This document shows, in pieces, positions 1 to 10,432 of a stretch of 64,000 nucleotides of DNA. The notes under the pieces are model-generated. The model was not told where the DNA came from. It saw only the letters and a program-made list of their open reading frames with translations, and ran no database searches. The stretch is from an uncultured Desulfospira sp. (GTDB lineage: Bacteria > Desulfobacterota > Desulfobacteria > Desulfobacterales > Desulfobacteraceae), in contig OY760175.1 of NCBI GenBank assembly GCA_963663165.1, positions 6,496,001 through 6,560,000 on the forward strand, written 5' to 3'. Each line of letters opens with the position of its first letter. The stretch's first letter is position 1. Made by a program: the position numbers and the translations under genes.

Positions 1-3000
1 CTGGGTTCATCTTTCACTTATGATTCCCAAGTGGATGATGATTATTCCGGTACCCTTTACATCAATGCTGAATCAGTTTCCAAAGCAGGACTCTCTCAGC
101 TGAACATCGGGGCCTACGATGAGGATTTGGATGAGAACGTGCTGGATACTCTGGAGGAGGCCGGATATACGGTGGAAGACGGGGTGATTTCCTGTGAAAC
201 CATTACCATTGAATCCGGGGCTGAGCTTTCAGGTCAGAGCATTACCCTGATTGCTGAAAAGGATATTGTCCTTGAAAAGGGGGCAGGGGTATCGGTGAGC
301 GGAGACAATGCTTATGCCGATATTGTCTCTACCTCAGGCACGCTTTCTTTGGCCGATAATTCATATATTATTTCTGAGCAATACTTGCGGCTGGAGGCGG
401 ATGCTCTTGAACGTTCCGGAACGATCACTGCCGGAACCGGCATCTCTTTTATATCCGACTATCTTTATCTGGCCGATATATCCGGCGAACAAAGTATTTC
501 AAAAGGCTTCGTGATTGATCAGAAATTGTGGGAAAGTTTGGCCTCTGTGGATACAGTATGGCTGACAGGTTACGAAGAGGTGGGATTTTCCGGAAAGGTG
601 AACCTTAAAACCGGTAGCGCCATTGTAATTGACTCCCCGCTTGTGGCCGGTCTTACAGATTCTGGAACAAAAGCAAGCCTCGTTTCGGATAGTATTTATC
701 TGTATAACTCTTCAGCAGATGAGGGCAGTGACATTTATTCAGGCAATGCGGGAAGCTTGTCAGCCGCTGCAGACAATATTTATATCGGATATGGGCAGGT
801 TCAGGCAACCGGGTTCTCTTCCATCAGCCTGACAGCAGACGAATATCTTACTTTTGTGGGAGAGGGCGGTTTTGTCACTAATGACGGAAACCTGAATATG
901 ATCGCCGGCATGGTCACTGGCACATACCGGACCTATACGGATGATGACGATGAAACTGCCTATGAAGCTGTGGATTTTACAATTGATTCCGGTGCAGGCA
1001 ATATTGCTATTAATTCCAGCGGCACTAATATATCCAACAACGGCAATATCGGTGGCAGCCTTGAGTTTACCGGAAATAGCATCATCAGTTCCGGCACCGT
1101 TTCTCTGAGTTCTGGTTATCTTTCCTTTACCGCTACCGGTACCGGCGATGAAGACGGCGTATTTTTAGAAAATGGTGCATTGGTATCTGCCGCCGGCTCA
1201 AGTTTGGATGATGTGGACTATGACGCCGGTACCGTGGTTTACCAGGCTGAGTCAGGCGCTGTCTTTCTTTCTGAAGGGTCAACGACCAATGTATCTGCCT
1301 CAAGCGCCAATGGAGATGCCGGCACCATCGCAATTTATGCGACTGAGGGTGAACTTTCTATTGAAGGCCGTCTTGAAGGCAGTTCAGAGAACGGCCTTGG
1401 TGGATCTTTCCTTCTCGATGCACTGGAACTGTCAGACCTCTCCAGCCTGATCGATACGCTTAGCGAGGGAGGGATTAATCATGATATTGATCTTAGGGCC
1501 CGGTCAGGAGACGTCAGCTTAACAACCGATGTCACCGCATACAACTTCAGGCTTTCTGTTGATGATGGAAATGTCAGTATCGACGCCGTAATCGACGCAT
1601 CTGGCGATGACGAAGGGGGACTGGTGGAAATTTATGCCGGCGGGGATCTTATCCTGTCCGACAACACCATGATTCTGGCCAAAGGAAATGACAACGGTGC
1701 TGCTGGCGGCGAAATAATTTTAGCCAATGCCACCACATCAGGCGGTTTTATGGATCTTGGCGACGCTGTCCTCAATGTTTCAGGGGGAAAAGGCGGCACA
1801 GGCGGCTCAATTTATCTTCGGGTGAACAGAACCGATGATAATTCAGATATAAAATTAAACCTGAATAGTGAAAAAATGATCGGGGCTTCGGAGCAGACTA
1901 TCGAGGGTGCTGCATTTTATCAGTCCACCTATAAATATACGTACAGAATTAAGGACGATGATTTCGAAACAGACAGCACCGCATATATGGAAGCATCGTC
2001 TTTTATTCTATCAGTTGAAGCTCAGGCTGATGAGGGCGGAGATTTTGAAGGATTTACCATTATTCCCGGTGTTGAATTCTGGTATGACGGAGAAGAGGAG
2101 CTTGTATGGTATGATGATGTAGATTTCACCGAATGGCGTTTCGGCAGTCAGAATGTACCAGTTGCTCTAACTCTCAGATCGTCAGGCGACCTTAAGGTTG
2201 ACGGCATCATTGTGGACGGTCCTACCAGCCTCTCCTACTATGACAACACCTTGAGTTCGGAAACGGTCCAGGATTCAATGAATATCACACTGGTGGCCGG
2301 TGCTACGTTAACCAGTGCGGATCCTTTTGCCGTTGAATCCGGAGTCGGCAATTTGGAAATTGATTCCGGGGAACTGGTGTATACCGAAAGCGGAAACATC
2401 AATTTCGCATCAGGCGGCGATACCCTTATTGAAAAGGTAAGTACCAGCTCCAGTGACTATTCCTACGGTGACACAAACGCATACATGACCTGGAATAAAT
2501 TAAATTACAGCATAGGGACCTATTCAGGCACCATCCGGGGGCAGGTGGGAGGAAATCTGGACCTGTATGGCGGGATTATTCAGACAGCAACCGGGGATAT
2601 TGTCCTGGAGGTTATGGAGAGCCTGTACCAAAGATCTTCTGGCGGAAATCTGGGCACTATCCGAACTCTCGGGGAGTTGGTTTCCGGGAGTTATGTTGAT
2701 AACGGTTTGTTTCAATACGACCAAACTACTCAGACGTCACTTTATTCCAATGGTGGCAATATCAGCATCACGACCGGTGAAGATGTGCTTGTGTGCACAA
2801 AGGATTACAGCCCTTCGGAATCTCTAATTGATTCTGACGCATGGGATACCGCAAGTTGGGTTTATGACGAAGACTATACCCCGTATCAATATGCATGGTC
2901 AGCAGATTATGATGACGGAACCCAGGGAATTGTTGCCATGGGAGGGGGGGATGTGACGATTATAGCCGGCGGGGATGTGCTGACTGCTGCAGGGACCTTT

Positions 3001-4950
3001 GGCACTGGTGACCTGTGGGTATCTGCCGGAGGAAATATTAACGGCGGGTATCTCAATTATGCAGGCACAGCTGAGATTTCCAGTCTGGGCAGTATTGGAA
3101 ATTTGGATGATGACGATGACGGTGACTGGGTCATTGAAGCCTTTGATTCAGAAATTACATTGCTTGCCCAAGGAAATATAACCTTGGCTTCGGTGGTCAA
3201 TCCTTCCCTCACAAGCAGTGATTTTTATAATTCCTGGAATTTTGGGTATACGGAGGATACTTCGGTGGCAATGACTGCCCGTACAGGGAATATTACCCTT
3301 ACTGGGGATGCGGACGAAGATCTGGATTTAACCACTACCAGCCGTCTTAAAATTTTGCCCGGCAGTGTATATCTGTCGGCTGGGATCGATATTGTATTTC
3401 AAAGTAATTTTTATCTGGCCCCAGCGTCTGACGGGTCATTGGAACTATATCCCGGAGAAAATATCAGTGCTGTCAATACCTCTGATTCTGAAAAATCTTA
3501 TACCATTCTCATGTCTGACGCTGACCCGGATGAGGTCTACGGAACACAGGAGAGTGCAAGAACAGCTTTAAGCCTGTTAACCAGCAAAAGTGAACACGGC
3601 AGCTCAATTCTCCACAAAAATGATGATTCACCTGTTGTAATCCTGGCTGGTTATAATATTGAAAATATAGGATTTGTTCTCCCCAAGGCGGCCACTATAA
3701 CGGCCGAAAATGATATTACCAACCTTTATCTTTTTTCCCAGAATCTCAGTGACGAAGATATCACGCTAGTTTATGCCGGTAATGACATTACCTTTAGGAC
3801 GGTAAGAGATGGGTCAGGTTCCTCGAACACGGGTATTACAGTCGGCGGTCCCGGTTTGACGGTTGTCCAGGCCGGTGGGAATATAGATCTTGGATCATCG
3901 GCCGGGGTAAAAGCTGTGGGAAGCTCTGAAAATACGTTGTTAAAAGAAGGAAATAACGATTTGGTAGTCATAGCAGGGCTGACAGCAAGCTATGCAGTGG
4001 AAAAAACGCAGGATTTTTTTGAGTATCTGACCGGCTTTTTTGAGGACCTGCTGGATGCGGGCAACGCATACGTAACGGCACAAAATGCCGGAGATACGGA
4101 TGGGGCAGATGCCATTGTTGCCGAGGCCAGACAGACAATCATTGCCGATCTGTTGGAAAATGCTTCCGGCAATGATGGAAATATTTCCCTTATAAACTCT
4201 ATGATTTATGTATCAGGTGGTTCTGGTAGTATCAACCTGGTCGCCACAGGGGACCTGGATGTAGGGGTCAGTGCGGTTGAACCTCCGCCTATCTTCGGTA
4301 CAGATAGCAGCAGCAGCGATGACAGCTCTGGGATCTACACCACTGTCGGAGGCAGCATAAATATTTATGCCTATGGCGATATCAACGTTAATGAATCTCG
4401 GGTTATGACTTTTGACGGTGGTGATATTGTACTCTGGTCCGACTACGGGGATATCAATGCTGGATACGGGTCGAAGGCGGCGGTGGCGTCTTCAGATTTT
4501 TATTATGTCCTACAGGATGATGGCAGCTATAAGAAGGTTTACCAGGTCCCGGCTATTGGTTCCGGTGTCCGGGCGACAGCCTCCAATTATGCAGCTGCCG
4601 GTGATATTTATGCCTTTGCCCCTTCAGGGATCATTGATGCCGGGGAAGCCGGCATTGCCGGTAACAACGTGACCCTGGCCGCCACGGAAATTCTCAATGC
4701 TCAGAATATTGAAGTGTCAGGGCTTGCTATCGGGTTTACAGCCGCCTCCGATTCTTCCGGCAGTGTGAGCGGATTGTCCGGTTCCAGTGGTCTTGCGGAT
4801 ACCGCCATGATGGATGAGGCCACCAGTGCGTTGAGTTCGGCCAAGGACCAGATGGGACAGGAAACAGCGGAAGGCTACAGCTATGAGCCCCGGTGGGTGG
4901 ATGTGGAAGTGGTGGGGTTTGAGGAAGATACGGATCAGGAAAAAGGATAA
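1..4950 (+). CDS. Filamentous-haemagglutinin-like (TpsA-like) large acidic exoprotein with DUF3739-type C-terminus; 5'-truncated by the window edge
   Basis: Frame is open from base 1. More than 1640 aa of Gly/Ser/Asp/Thr-rich beta-helix-like repeats (e.g. GDVTIIAGGDV, GSINIYAYGDINV). C-terminal segment GDIVLWSDYGDINAGYGSK...GSGVRA...GDIYAFAPSGIIDAGEAGIAG resembles the DUF3739 tail of FHA-family proteins. Confidence 0.8.
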   Translation: MGSSFTYDSQVDDDYSGTLYINAESVSKAGLSQLNIGAYDEDLDENVLDTLEEAGYTVEDGVISCETITIESGAELSGQSITLIAEKDIVLEKGAGVSVSGDNAYADIVSTSGTLSLADNSYIISEQYLRLEADALERSGTITAGTGISFISDYLYLADISGEQSISKGFVIDQKLWESLASVDTVWLTGYEEVGFSGKVNLKTGSAIVIDSPLVAGLTDSGTKASLVSDSIYLYNSSADEGSDIYSGNAGSLSAAADNIYIGYGQVQATGFSSISLTADEYLTFVGEGGFVTNDGNLNMIAGMVTGTYRTYTDDDDETAYEAVDFTIDSGAGNIAINSSGTNISNNGNIGGSLEFTGNSIISSGTVSLSSGYLSFTATGTGDEDGVFLENGALVSAAGSSLDDVDYDAGTVVYQAESGAVFLSEGSTTNVSASSANGDAGTIAIYATEGELSIEGRLEGSSENGLGGSFLLDALELSDLSSLIDTLSEGGINHDIDLRARSGDVSLTTDVTAYNFRLSVDDGNVSIDAVIDASGDDEGGLVEIYAGGDLILSDNTMILAKGNDNGAAGGEIILANATTSGGFMDLGDAVLNVSGGKGGTGGSIYLRVNRTDDNSDIKLNLNSEKMIGASEQTIEGAAFYQSTYKYTYRIKDDDFETDSTAYMEASSFILSVEAQADEGGDFEGFTIIPGVEFWYDGEEELVWYDDVDFTEWRFGSQNVPVALTLRSSGDLKVDGIIVDGPTSLSYYDNTLSSETVQDSMNITLVAGATLTSADPFAVESGVGNLEIDSGELVYTESGNINFASGGDTLIEKVSTSSSDYSYGDTNAYMTWNKLNYSIGTYSGTIRGQVGGNLDLYGGIIQTATGDIVLEVMESLYQRSSGGNLGTIRTLGELVSGSYVDNGLFQYDQTTQTSLYSNGGNISITTGEDVLVCTKDYSPSESLIDSDAWDTASWVYDEDYTPYQYAWSADYDDGTQGIVAMGGGDVTIIAGGDVLTAAGTFGTGDLWVSAGGNINGGYLNYAGTAEISSLGSIGNLDDDDDGDWVIEAFDSEITLLAQGNITLASVVNPSLTSSDFYNSWNFGYTEDTSVAMTARTGNITLTGDADEDLDLTTTSRLKILPGSVYLSAGIDIVFQSNFYLAPASDGSLELYPGENISAVNTSDSEKSYTILMSDADPDEVYGTQESARTALSLLTSKSEHGSSILHKNDDSPVVILAGYNIENIGFVLPKAATITAENDITNLYLFSQNLSDEDITLVYAGNDITFRTVRDGSGSSNTGITVGGPGLTVVQAGGNIDLGSSAGVKAVGSSENTLLKEGNNDLVVIAGLTASYAVEKTQDFFEYLTGFFEDLLDAGNAYVTAQNAGDTDGADAIVAEARQTIIADLLENASGNDGNISLINSMIYVSGGSGSINLVATGDLDVGVSAVEPPPIFGTDSSSSDDSSGIYTTVGGSINIYAYGDINVNESRVMTFDGGDIVLWSDYGDINAGYGSKAAVASSDFYYVLQDDGSYKKVYQVPAIGSGVRATASNYAAAGDIYAFAPSGIIDAGEAGIAGNNVTLAATEILNAQNIEVSGLAIGFTAASDSSGSVSGLSGSSGLADTAMMDEATSALSSAKDQMGQETAEGYSYEPRWVDVEVVGFEEDTDQEKG

Positions 4951-4975
4951 ATTGATTTCAATGTGGAGGAAAAAC

Positions 4976-6790
4976 GTGACTGAGGCGAGGGTTGGCAAAT
5001 TTTTATGGTTGTTGATGCTTCTGGTGATGATGACCTGGGCGATTGGACTGTCCAGCGCATCGGCCTGGTGGAATGAAGAGTGGCAGTACCGGAAAAAAAT
5101 CAGCCTGAACACTGGGGGCACCGGCATGGATGTCTCCCAGAATTTGATGGATTTCCCGGTTCTGATCAGGCTTCATTCCGGTAATTTTGATTTTACTCGG
5201 GCCAGGGAGAACGGGGAGGATATCCGGTTTGTCGGTGCCGATGACACCACCTTGCTCAAATATCATATTGAAGCCTTTGACATTGTGGACGAGCTGGCCC
5301 TGATCTGGGTCAAGGTGCCCAATCTTGCCGGAAACTCCGGCCAGGGCGCTGTGTTCATGTATTACGGCAATCAGGCCGCCGCTGCCGGGGACGACCCAAA
5401 GGGCTGCTTTGACCCCGCTTACCAGGGCGTCTATCATTTCAACGAGTTTGAGGGAATCCCCAAGGATTCATCCTCCTACGGCATGAATTCTTCTGAGTAT
5501 ACGGCCGGCCTGGGACTTGCCGGCGTTATCGGCAACGGCGGCACCTTCAGCGGGGCCGGCAATTATATGCGCCTGCCCGATAACCCGGCCTTTGATTTTT
5601 CCAAGGGGGTGACCTTTTCCACCTGGTTCAAGATGTTCCAGGCCCAGGATAATGCCTGGCTGTTTTCAAGGATTTCGTGGGAAGACGGCCTTGTTATTGC
5701 CATAAAGGGAACCCGGATACAAGTCAGGATCGTTGCTGAAGGGAAACAAACCGTTTATGAGGACGAGTCTTTTGACCTGCCCATAGAAGGGTGGCATCAT
5801 CTTGCGGTCACCATTGATCCCAAGGGACAGATTAAATTTTTTCTGGACGGGGCTGAAACCTCAACGGTTGAAAGCGGTGCCGGCCTGGCCGGGCTCAAAG
5901 GCGATATTCTGGTGGGATCCAATGCAGATGGAAATTATTCTTTTGCCGGCGACCTGGACGAGGTGAGGATCTCCGGAGCCCCAAGGCTTTTGGGGTGGAT
6001 CAAAGGCTGTTCTGCCTCCCAGGGGCCCGGGGCCAATTTATGCGGCTATGCGGTTGAAGAGATCCTTGAAGGCTCCGGGGGGATGCCCGTATTCTATCTT
6101 GCCACCATTTTCAAGAGCATTACCCTGGATGGCCTGGTGGTTATCGGTATCCTGATTTTCATGGGGGCTTGCTCTGCTGTGGTGATTTTGTCCAAGGCCC
6201 TGTTTCTTTTATCGACTTCCAAAAGCAATAAAAAGTTTATGGAAGCCTTTAATACCGCCCAGGACCCGGTGGCACTGGGAAATGGGAGCGGCTCTTTTAA
6301 CGGGTCCAGTATTTACAGAATTTATGAAGCCGGCCTGAAAAGTCTGAATATCAAAAAAACCGTAAACCCGGAAAGTGCTGAAATTGAGAGCCGGATTCCG
6401 GGACTGCACCTTACTTCAAAGGCAGTTGAAAGCTTGAAGGCTGTCCTGGAAAAAGGGCTGATTGACGAATCCAAGCGGTTGAACTCCTGGATGGTCATCC
6501 TGACCATGTCCATTTCCGGGGGACCGTTTCTGGGGCTTTTGGGAACGGTCTGGGGGGTTATGAATACCTTTGCCGCCATGGCTGAAGCCGGGGAGGCCAA
6601 TATCATGGCCATTGCCCCGGGCGTTGCCTCTGCCCTGTCCACAACGGTTTTTGGGTTGATTGTCGCCATTCCGGCCCTGTTTGGCTATTCCTTTCTGGTG
6701 GGCCGGATCCGGGATACCACGGCGGATCTGACCGTGTTCGTGGATCAGTTTCCTTTAAAAGTAGACGCCGTATATGGAGATGAATCGTGA
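4976..6790 (+). CDS. exbB: DUF2341 + LamG (ConA-like) domain protein fused to a MotA/TolQ/ExbB proton channel
   Basis: Signal peptide, then WWNEEWQYRKKI...DFPVLIRL...GEDIRF...LIWVKVP (DUF2341-like), WHHLAVT...FAGDLDEVRIS (LamG), and ExbB helices GGPFLGLLGTVWGVM and IAPGVASALSTTVFGLIVAIPA. GTG at 4976 follows GGAGGA; ATG 4961 is the alternative start. Confidence 0.85.
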   Translation: MTEARVGKFLWLLMLLVMMTWAIGLSSASAWWNEEWQYRKKISLNTGGTGMDVSQNLMDFPVLIRLHSGNFDFTRARENGEDIRFVGADDTTLLKYHIEAFDIVDELALIWVKVPNLAGNSGQGAVFMYYGNQAAAAGDDPKGCFDPAYQGVYHFNEFEGIPKDSSSYGMNSSEYTAGLGLAGVIGNGGTFSGAGNYMRLPDNPAFDFSKGVTFSTWFKMFQAQDNAWLFSRISWEDGLVIAIKGTRIQVRIVAEGKQTVYEDESFDLPIEGWHHLAVTIDPKGQIKFFLDGAETSTVESGAGLAGLKGDILVGSNADGNYSFAGDLDEVRISGAPRLLGWIKGCSASQGPGANLCGYAVEEILEGSGGMPVFYLATIFKSITLDGLVVIGILIFMGACSAVVILSKALFLLSTSKSNKKFMEAFNTAQDPVALGNGSGSFNGSSIYRIYEAGLKSLNIKKTVNPESAEIESRIPGLHLTSKAVESLKAVLEKGLIDESKRLNSWMVILTMSISGGPFLGLLGTVWGVMNTFAAMAEAGEANIMAIAPGVASALSTTVFGLIVAIPALFGYSFLVGRIRDTTADLTVFVDQFPLKVDAVYGDES

Positions 6791-7194
6791 GACGAGATCT
6801 TTTTCAGCAGGAAGATTTTAACGATATCAACTTAAGCCCCTTGCTGGACCTTGCCTGGACCCTGCTGGTGGTATTTATCATTGCGGTGACGGCTTCGGTT
6901 CAGGGAATCAAGGTTAATTTGCCCAAGGCCAGCAATGTGCCAAGCCTGGTTAAGCCCAAGACCAAGGCCATTACCATTGATGACCGGGGCCAGCTTTACC
7001 TGGATGCCTATCCCGTGACCATGACCGAACTCGAACAGAATCTGAGAGCCCACAAGGCCGTGGACCCCGATTTTCCCGTGGTGATCAAGGGGGATGCCAA
7101 AATCTATTACCAGAATGTCATGGATGTACTGGATTTAATGCAGAAACTTGAAATCACTCAATTGGGTCTGGTCACCCAGAAGCTGGTTAAATAA
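6787..7194 (+). CDS. exbD: Biopolymer transport protein ExbD/TolR
   Basis: DINLSPLLDLAWTLLVVFII transmembrane segment with the conserved Asp, then IKVNLP and VVIKGD..YQNVMDVLD. Overlaps the exbB stop (GTGA). Confidence 0.9.
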   Translation: MRRDLFQQEDFNDINLSPLLDLAWTLLVVFIIAVTASVQGIKVNLPKASNVPSLVKPKTKAITIDDRGQLYLDAYPVTMTELEQNLRAHKAVDPDFPVVIKGDAKIYYQNVMDVLDLMQKLEITQLGLVTQKLVK

Positions 7195-7198
7195 GCAC

Positions 7199-7897
7199 AT
7201 GGCCCGGTTGACTGACAGTCGAAAAAAGATCCTGGTGATCGGGGTGTCCTGCCTGGTGATGGTCTGCCTGATTTTTACGGCGTTTATCGTGATGAAAATG
7301 CTGCTCAATGATGAAGGCAAGTCCAGGAAACGGCAGATTCAGCGGGTGACGCTGGTTAAACCGCCGCCGCCGCCGCCCAAGATCAAGGAAAAACCCCCGG
7401 AGCCGGAGATCAAGAAAAAAGAGGAAATCGTTGAACCTGAGCTGGATGAACCGCCCCCGGAAGATATGGATTCCAGTGACGAACCGCCTCCGGGAGAAGA
7501 TCTGGGACTTGATTCTGACGGCACCGGCGGAGCCGACGGGTTCGGGCTCAGGGCCAAAAAGGGGGGGCGGTCCCTGATCGCCGGAGACGGCGGCGGAAAA
7601 AGATCCCTGATGAAACAGTATGCCTGGTATACCCGGATTCTGCAGGATGAAATCAGGGAAAAGGTCAACAAGTACCTTGAGGATAAAGAGGGCCTGCCCT
7701 CAGGCAAACACCGGATCATGATCCGGATTGAACTGGACCCCAATGGAAATCTGGTGAAGGCGTCTATTTTCGGATCAAGCGGAACTCCGAAGGTGGATAA
7801 TGCCGTGGAGCAGGCCATGGCAGGATTCAGGGCCAGCGAAAGCCCGCCTGAAGAGATGCCCAGGATATTAAAATTGAAAGTGACATTTAAAAGTTGA
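7199..7897 (+). CDS. TonB/TolA-like energy transducer
   Basis: N-terminal TM helix, Pro-rich linker (KPPPPPPKIKEKPPEPE), and TonB-C-like domain (SSGTPKVDNAVEQAM). Start ATG 7199 lies just after the exbD stop. Confidence 0.8.
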   Translation: MARLTDSRKKILVIGVSCLVMVCLIFTAFIVMKMLLNDEGKSRKRQIQRVTLVKPPPPPPKIKEKPPEPEIKKKEEIVEPELDEPPPEDMDSSDEPPPGEDLGLDSDGTGGADGFGLRAKKGGRSLIAGDGGGKRSLMKQYAWYTRILQDEIREKVNKYLEDKEGLPSGKHRIMIRIELDPNGNLVKASIFGSSGTPKVDNAVEQAMAGFRASESPPEEMPRILKLKVTFKS

Positions 7898-7919
7898 AAA
7901 AATCACAGCCAAGGAACCG

Positions 7920-9716
7920 ATGATGAAGGGTAGATTAAACGGATTGAAAAGGAAACTGACCGGTATTGCAATTGTTGTGCTGCTTGCGGCGTTGAGCATG
8001 CCGATCGCCTGGGCCGATGAAAAGGCTTCAGGGGCGGACTTAGACAGTACCCTGGCCTTGATTGAATTGTTAAAGGACAAGGGCGTGATCAATGAAAAAG
8101 AAGCCTCATCCTTTCTGGACAGGCTCAGGCTCAAGGCAGAGGCAAGCCGGCAGACCGTTCATATCCTTCCCGCCCGGGATCAGGAAGATATCATGAAAAA
8201 GGTCACTGCCCGGGTAACAAAGGATGTCACAAAGCAGATTAATGATACTCAAAAAGAAGCCTATGCCACAAACCAGTACATGGCCCGGCGTTCCTCGCTT
8301 TTGGAACAGGAAGTGGAAGACCTTAAAGATGCCCTGTCAAAGGAAAAAAGTGTGCGGGAAAAATCCTGGGCCAACCGGATACGGTTTGGGGGGGATATCC
8401 GGCTGCGCCACGAGTCAGTGCTTTATGAAAAGGGAAATGCCACGGATATTGAAGACCCCAGTGATCCGGATTCCTATCTGAATACCACCAATGATGAACA
8501 CCGCCAGCGGGTTCGCCTCAGGCTCGGCCTGACCGCCACCGTGGTCAAGCCAAAGGATATTGGCGAGCTGTTCGGCCTCAGGGAATGGGAAAAGGTGAAT
8601 GCCGGCCAGGTGGATGTGGGCGTCCGGGTGGCTACCGGAAGCGTTGGGAACCCGGTTTCCACCAACTACACCTTGGGAGATGATGACAGCACCCGGTCTG
8701 ATATTGTTTTAGACCGGGCTTACCTTCAATGGTCCTATAAACCCAGGGAAGGGGTCTGGGGCGGAAAGTTCCCCCAGGCAATGGTCACCGGCGGCATCAT
8801 GGCCAACCCCTGGTATACTTCCTATTCCACTCTGATCTGGGATTCGGACCTGGCCTTTGAAGGACTGGCTTTAAACTTTACCACCGACACCATTGAGGTC
8901 AATCCCTTTAAAGCTTTTTTGACCCTGGGATATTTCCCCATCCAGGAGTCTGAATGGAACCAGGACGACAAGTATATGCTGGGCGCCCAGGTCGGCTTTT
9001 CCCTTAAACCCCTCAGAGGGTGGCAGGCCAAACTGGCGGCCGGGTATTACGAATATTACAATGTGGCAGGCCAACTTATTACCGACACGTACCGGACCAG
9101 GGAGGATATGTACAAACTCCAGGCCATGACACCAAAATTTATGCAGAAGGGAAACACCACTTTTTTGATGGATCGGACCACAATTTACTACGACGGTATC
9201 AGTGACGACGCCTATGAGGAGTACGGGCTGGCATCAGAATTTAAGCTGATTAACATCACCGGCCAGATTGACAACACCTATTTCTGGCCGGTTTACGTCA
9301 CCCTTTACTGGGACTGGGTAAGGAACCTCGGATATGATGCCGGTGAAATGGCGGATAAAATCGGGGTCTCTGCTTCGACCATTAAAGAATGGTCCGGGGA
9401 TACCGGATATCAGCTGGGGCTGAGGGTCGGGTATCCCAAAATCAAGAAACGGTGGGACTGGAGCCTTTACGTGGCCTACCGCTACCTTGAAACCGATGCG
9501 GTTCTGGATGCGTATACCGATTCGGATTTCATGGGCGGCGGGACCAATGTCAAGGGATTTATTTTTGGCGGCGAGCTGGGCCTGATGAAAAATGTCTGGC
9601 TTGCGGCCCGGTGGATGAGCGGGGATGAGATTACCGATTTTGAAGCCGTGTCTTCAGATCAGGATGAGGATTATGCCGTGGATATTTTACAGGTTGATCT
9701 GAACGCAAAATTTTAA
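7920..9716 (+). CDS. Putative outer-membrane porin / beta-barrel ('putative porin' family) with N-terminal periplasmic helical region
   Basis: Signal peptide, LIELLKDKGVINEKEA N-terminal motif, RIRFGGDIRLRHE, RQRVRLRLG, DAVLDAYTDSDF.GGGTNVKG, and C-terminal QVDLNAKF (terminal Phe, BAM signal). Confidence 0.8.
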   Translation: MMKGRLNGLKRKLTGIAIVVLLAALSMPIAWADEKASGADLDSTLALIELLKDKGVINEKEASSFLDRLRLKAEASRQTVHILPARDQEDIMKKVTARVTKDVTKQINDTQKEAYATNQYMARRSSLLEQEVEDLKDALSKEKSVREKSWANRIRFGGDIRLRHESVLYEKGNATDIEDPSDPDSYLNTTNDEHRQRVRLRLGLTATVVKPKDIGELFGLREWEKVNAGQVDVGVRVATGSVGNPVSTNYTLGDDDSTRSDIVLDRAYLQWSYKPREGVWGGKFPQAMVTGGIMANPWYTSYSTLIWDSDLAFEGLALNFTTDTIEVNPFKAFLTLGYFPIQESEWNQDDKYMLGAQVGFSLKPLRGWQAKLAAGYYEYYNVAGQLITDTYRTREDMYKLQAMTPKFMQKGNTTFLMDRTTIYYDGISDDAYEEYGLASEFKLINITGQIDNTYFWPVYVTLYWDWVRNLGYDAGEMADKIGVSASTIKEWSGDTGYQLGLRVGYPKIKKRWDWSLYVAYRYLETDAVLDAYTDSDFMGGGTNVKGFIFGGELGLMKNVWLAARWMSGDEITDFEAVSSDQDEDYAVDILQVDLNAKF

Positions 9717-9727
9717 GGGGAAGGGTC

Positions 9728-10432
9728 ATGCGGTTAAAAATAATAAAAATCCTGGTGGTTCTTTTTATGTTGGCAGGCCTGTGCGGTTCAGCCTATTTCT
9801 GGAATGAAATGACCAAACGGGATGACCGGATTGCGGGTTTGAACAACGAGCTGGATGTCGCCAACACACAGCTGAGGGCTGCCCGTAAAAAATATACCCA
9901 GGAAAAGGCAAAGCTCGGGACCTGCATGCGGATGAAAATGGCTGAAGAGGCCAAAAAGCTTCAGTTTCAAAAACGGGTTAAGTTACTGGCCGAAGAAATG
10001 AAGGTTCTTGTGGCCCAGAATGAAGTGCTTGTGAAAAAACTTGAGGTTGCCGCAGCTTCCCTGGAAAATAAAGACAAATGGATAGAGGCCTATAAATCCA
10101 AAGTGGCCAAAATGGATGAGCGGTATGAAACCCTTGTGGCAAAGTACAAGGAGGCCGTGGTTCTGGACAGAAAGAAAACAGGTGACATCCGGCAACTGGA
10201 AGCTCAAAAGAAAGAAGTTGAATCAGAACTTGCCTTAACTCAAAAAAGCCTTGAGCGAAGCATCGGCCATAACAAAAGGCTTTGTGAACTTTCCGAGGAA
10301 CTGGTGGACAAATATTGGGATAAGAACAAAGACAAGGCTGAACCCTTTACTAAAATCGGGATGGTTGAACTCGAGCATCTGGTTCAGGAATATATTAAAC
10401 AGATTGATAAGGAGCAGATAATTGAGCAATGA
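9728..10432 (+). CDS. Membrane-anchored coiled-coil protein
   Basis: N-terminal hydrophobic anchor followed by about 200 aa of Lys/Glu-rich heptads; tightly linked to the porin gene. Confidence 0.75.
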   Translation: MRLKIIKILVVLFMLAGLCGSAYFWNEMTKRDDRIAGLNNELDVANTQLRAARKKYTQEKAKLGTCMRMKMAEEAKKLQFQKRVKLLAEEMKVLVAQNEVLVKKLEVAAASLENKDKWIEAYKSKVAKMDERYETLVAKYKEAVVLDRKKTGDIRQLEAQKKEVESELALTQKSLERSIGHNKRLCELSEELVDKYWDKNKDKAEPFTKIGMVELEHLVQEYIKQIDKEQIIEQ

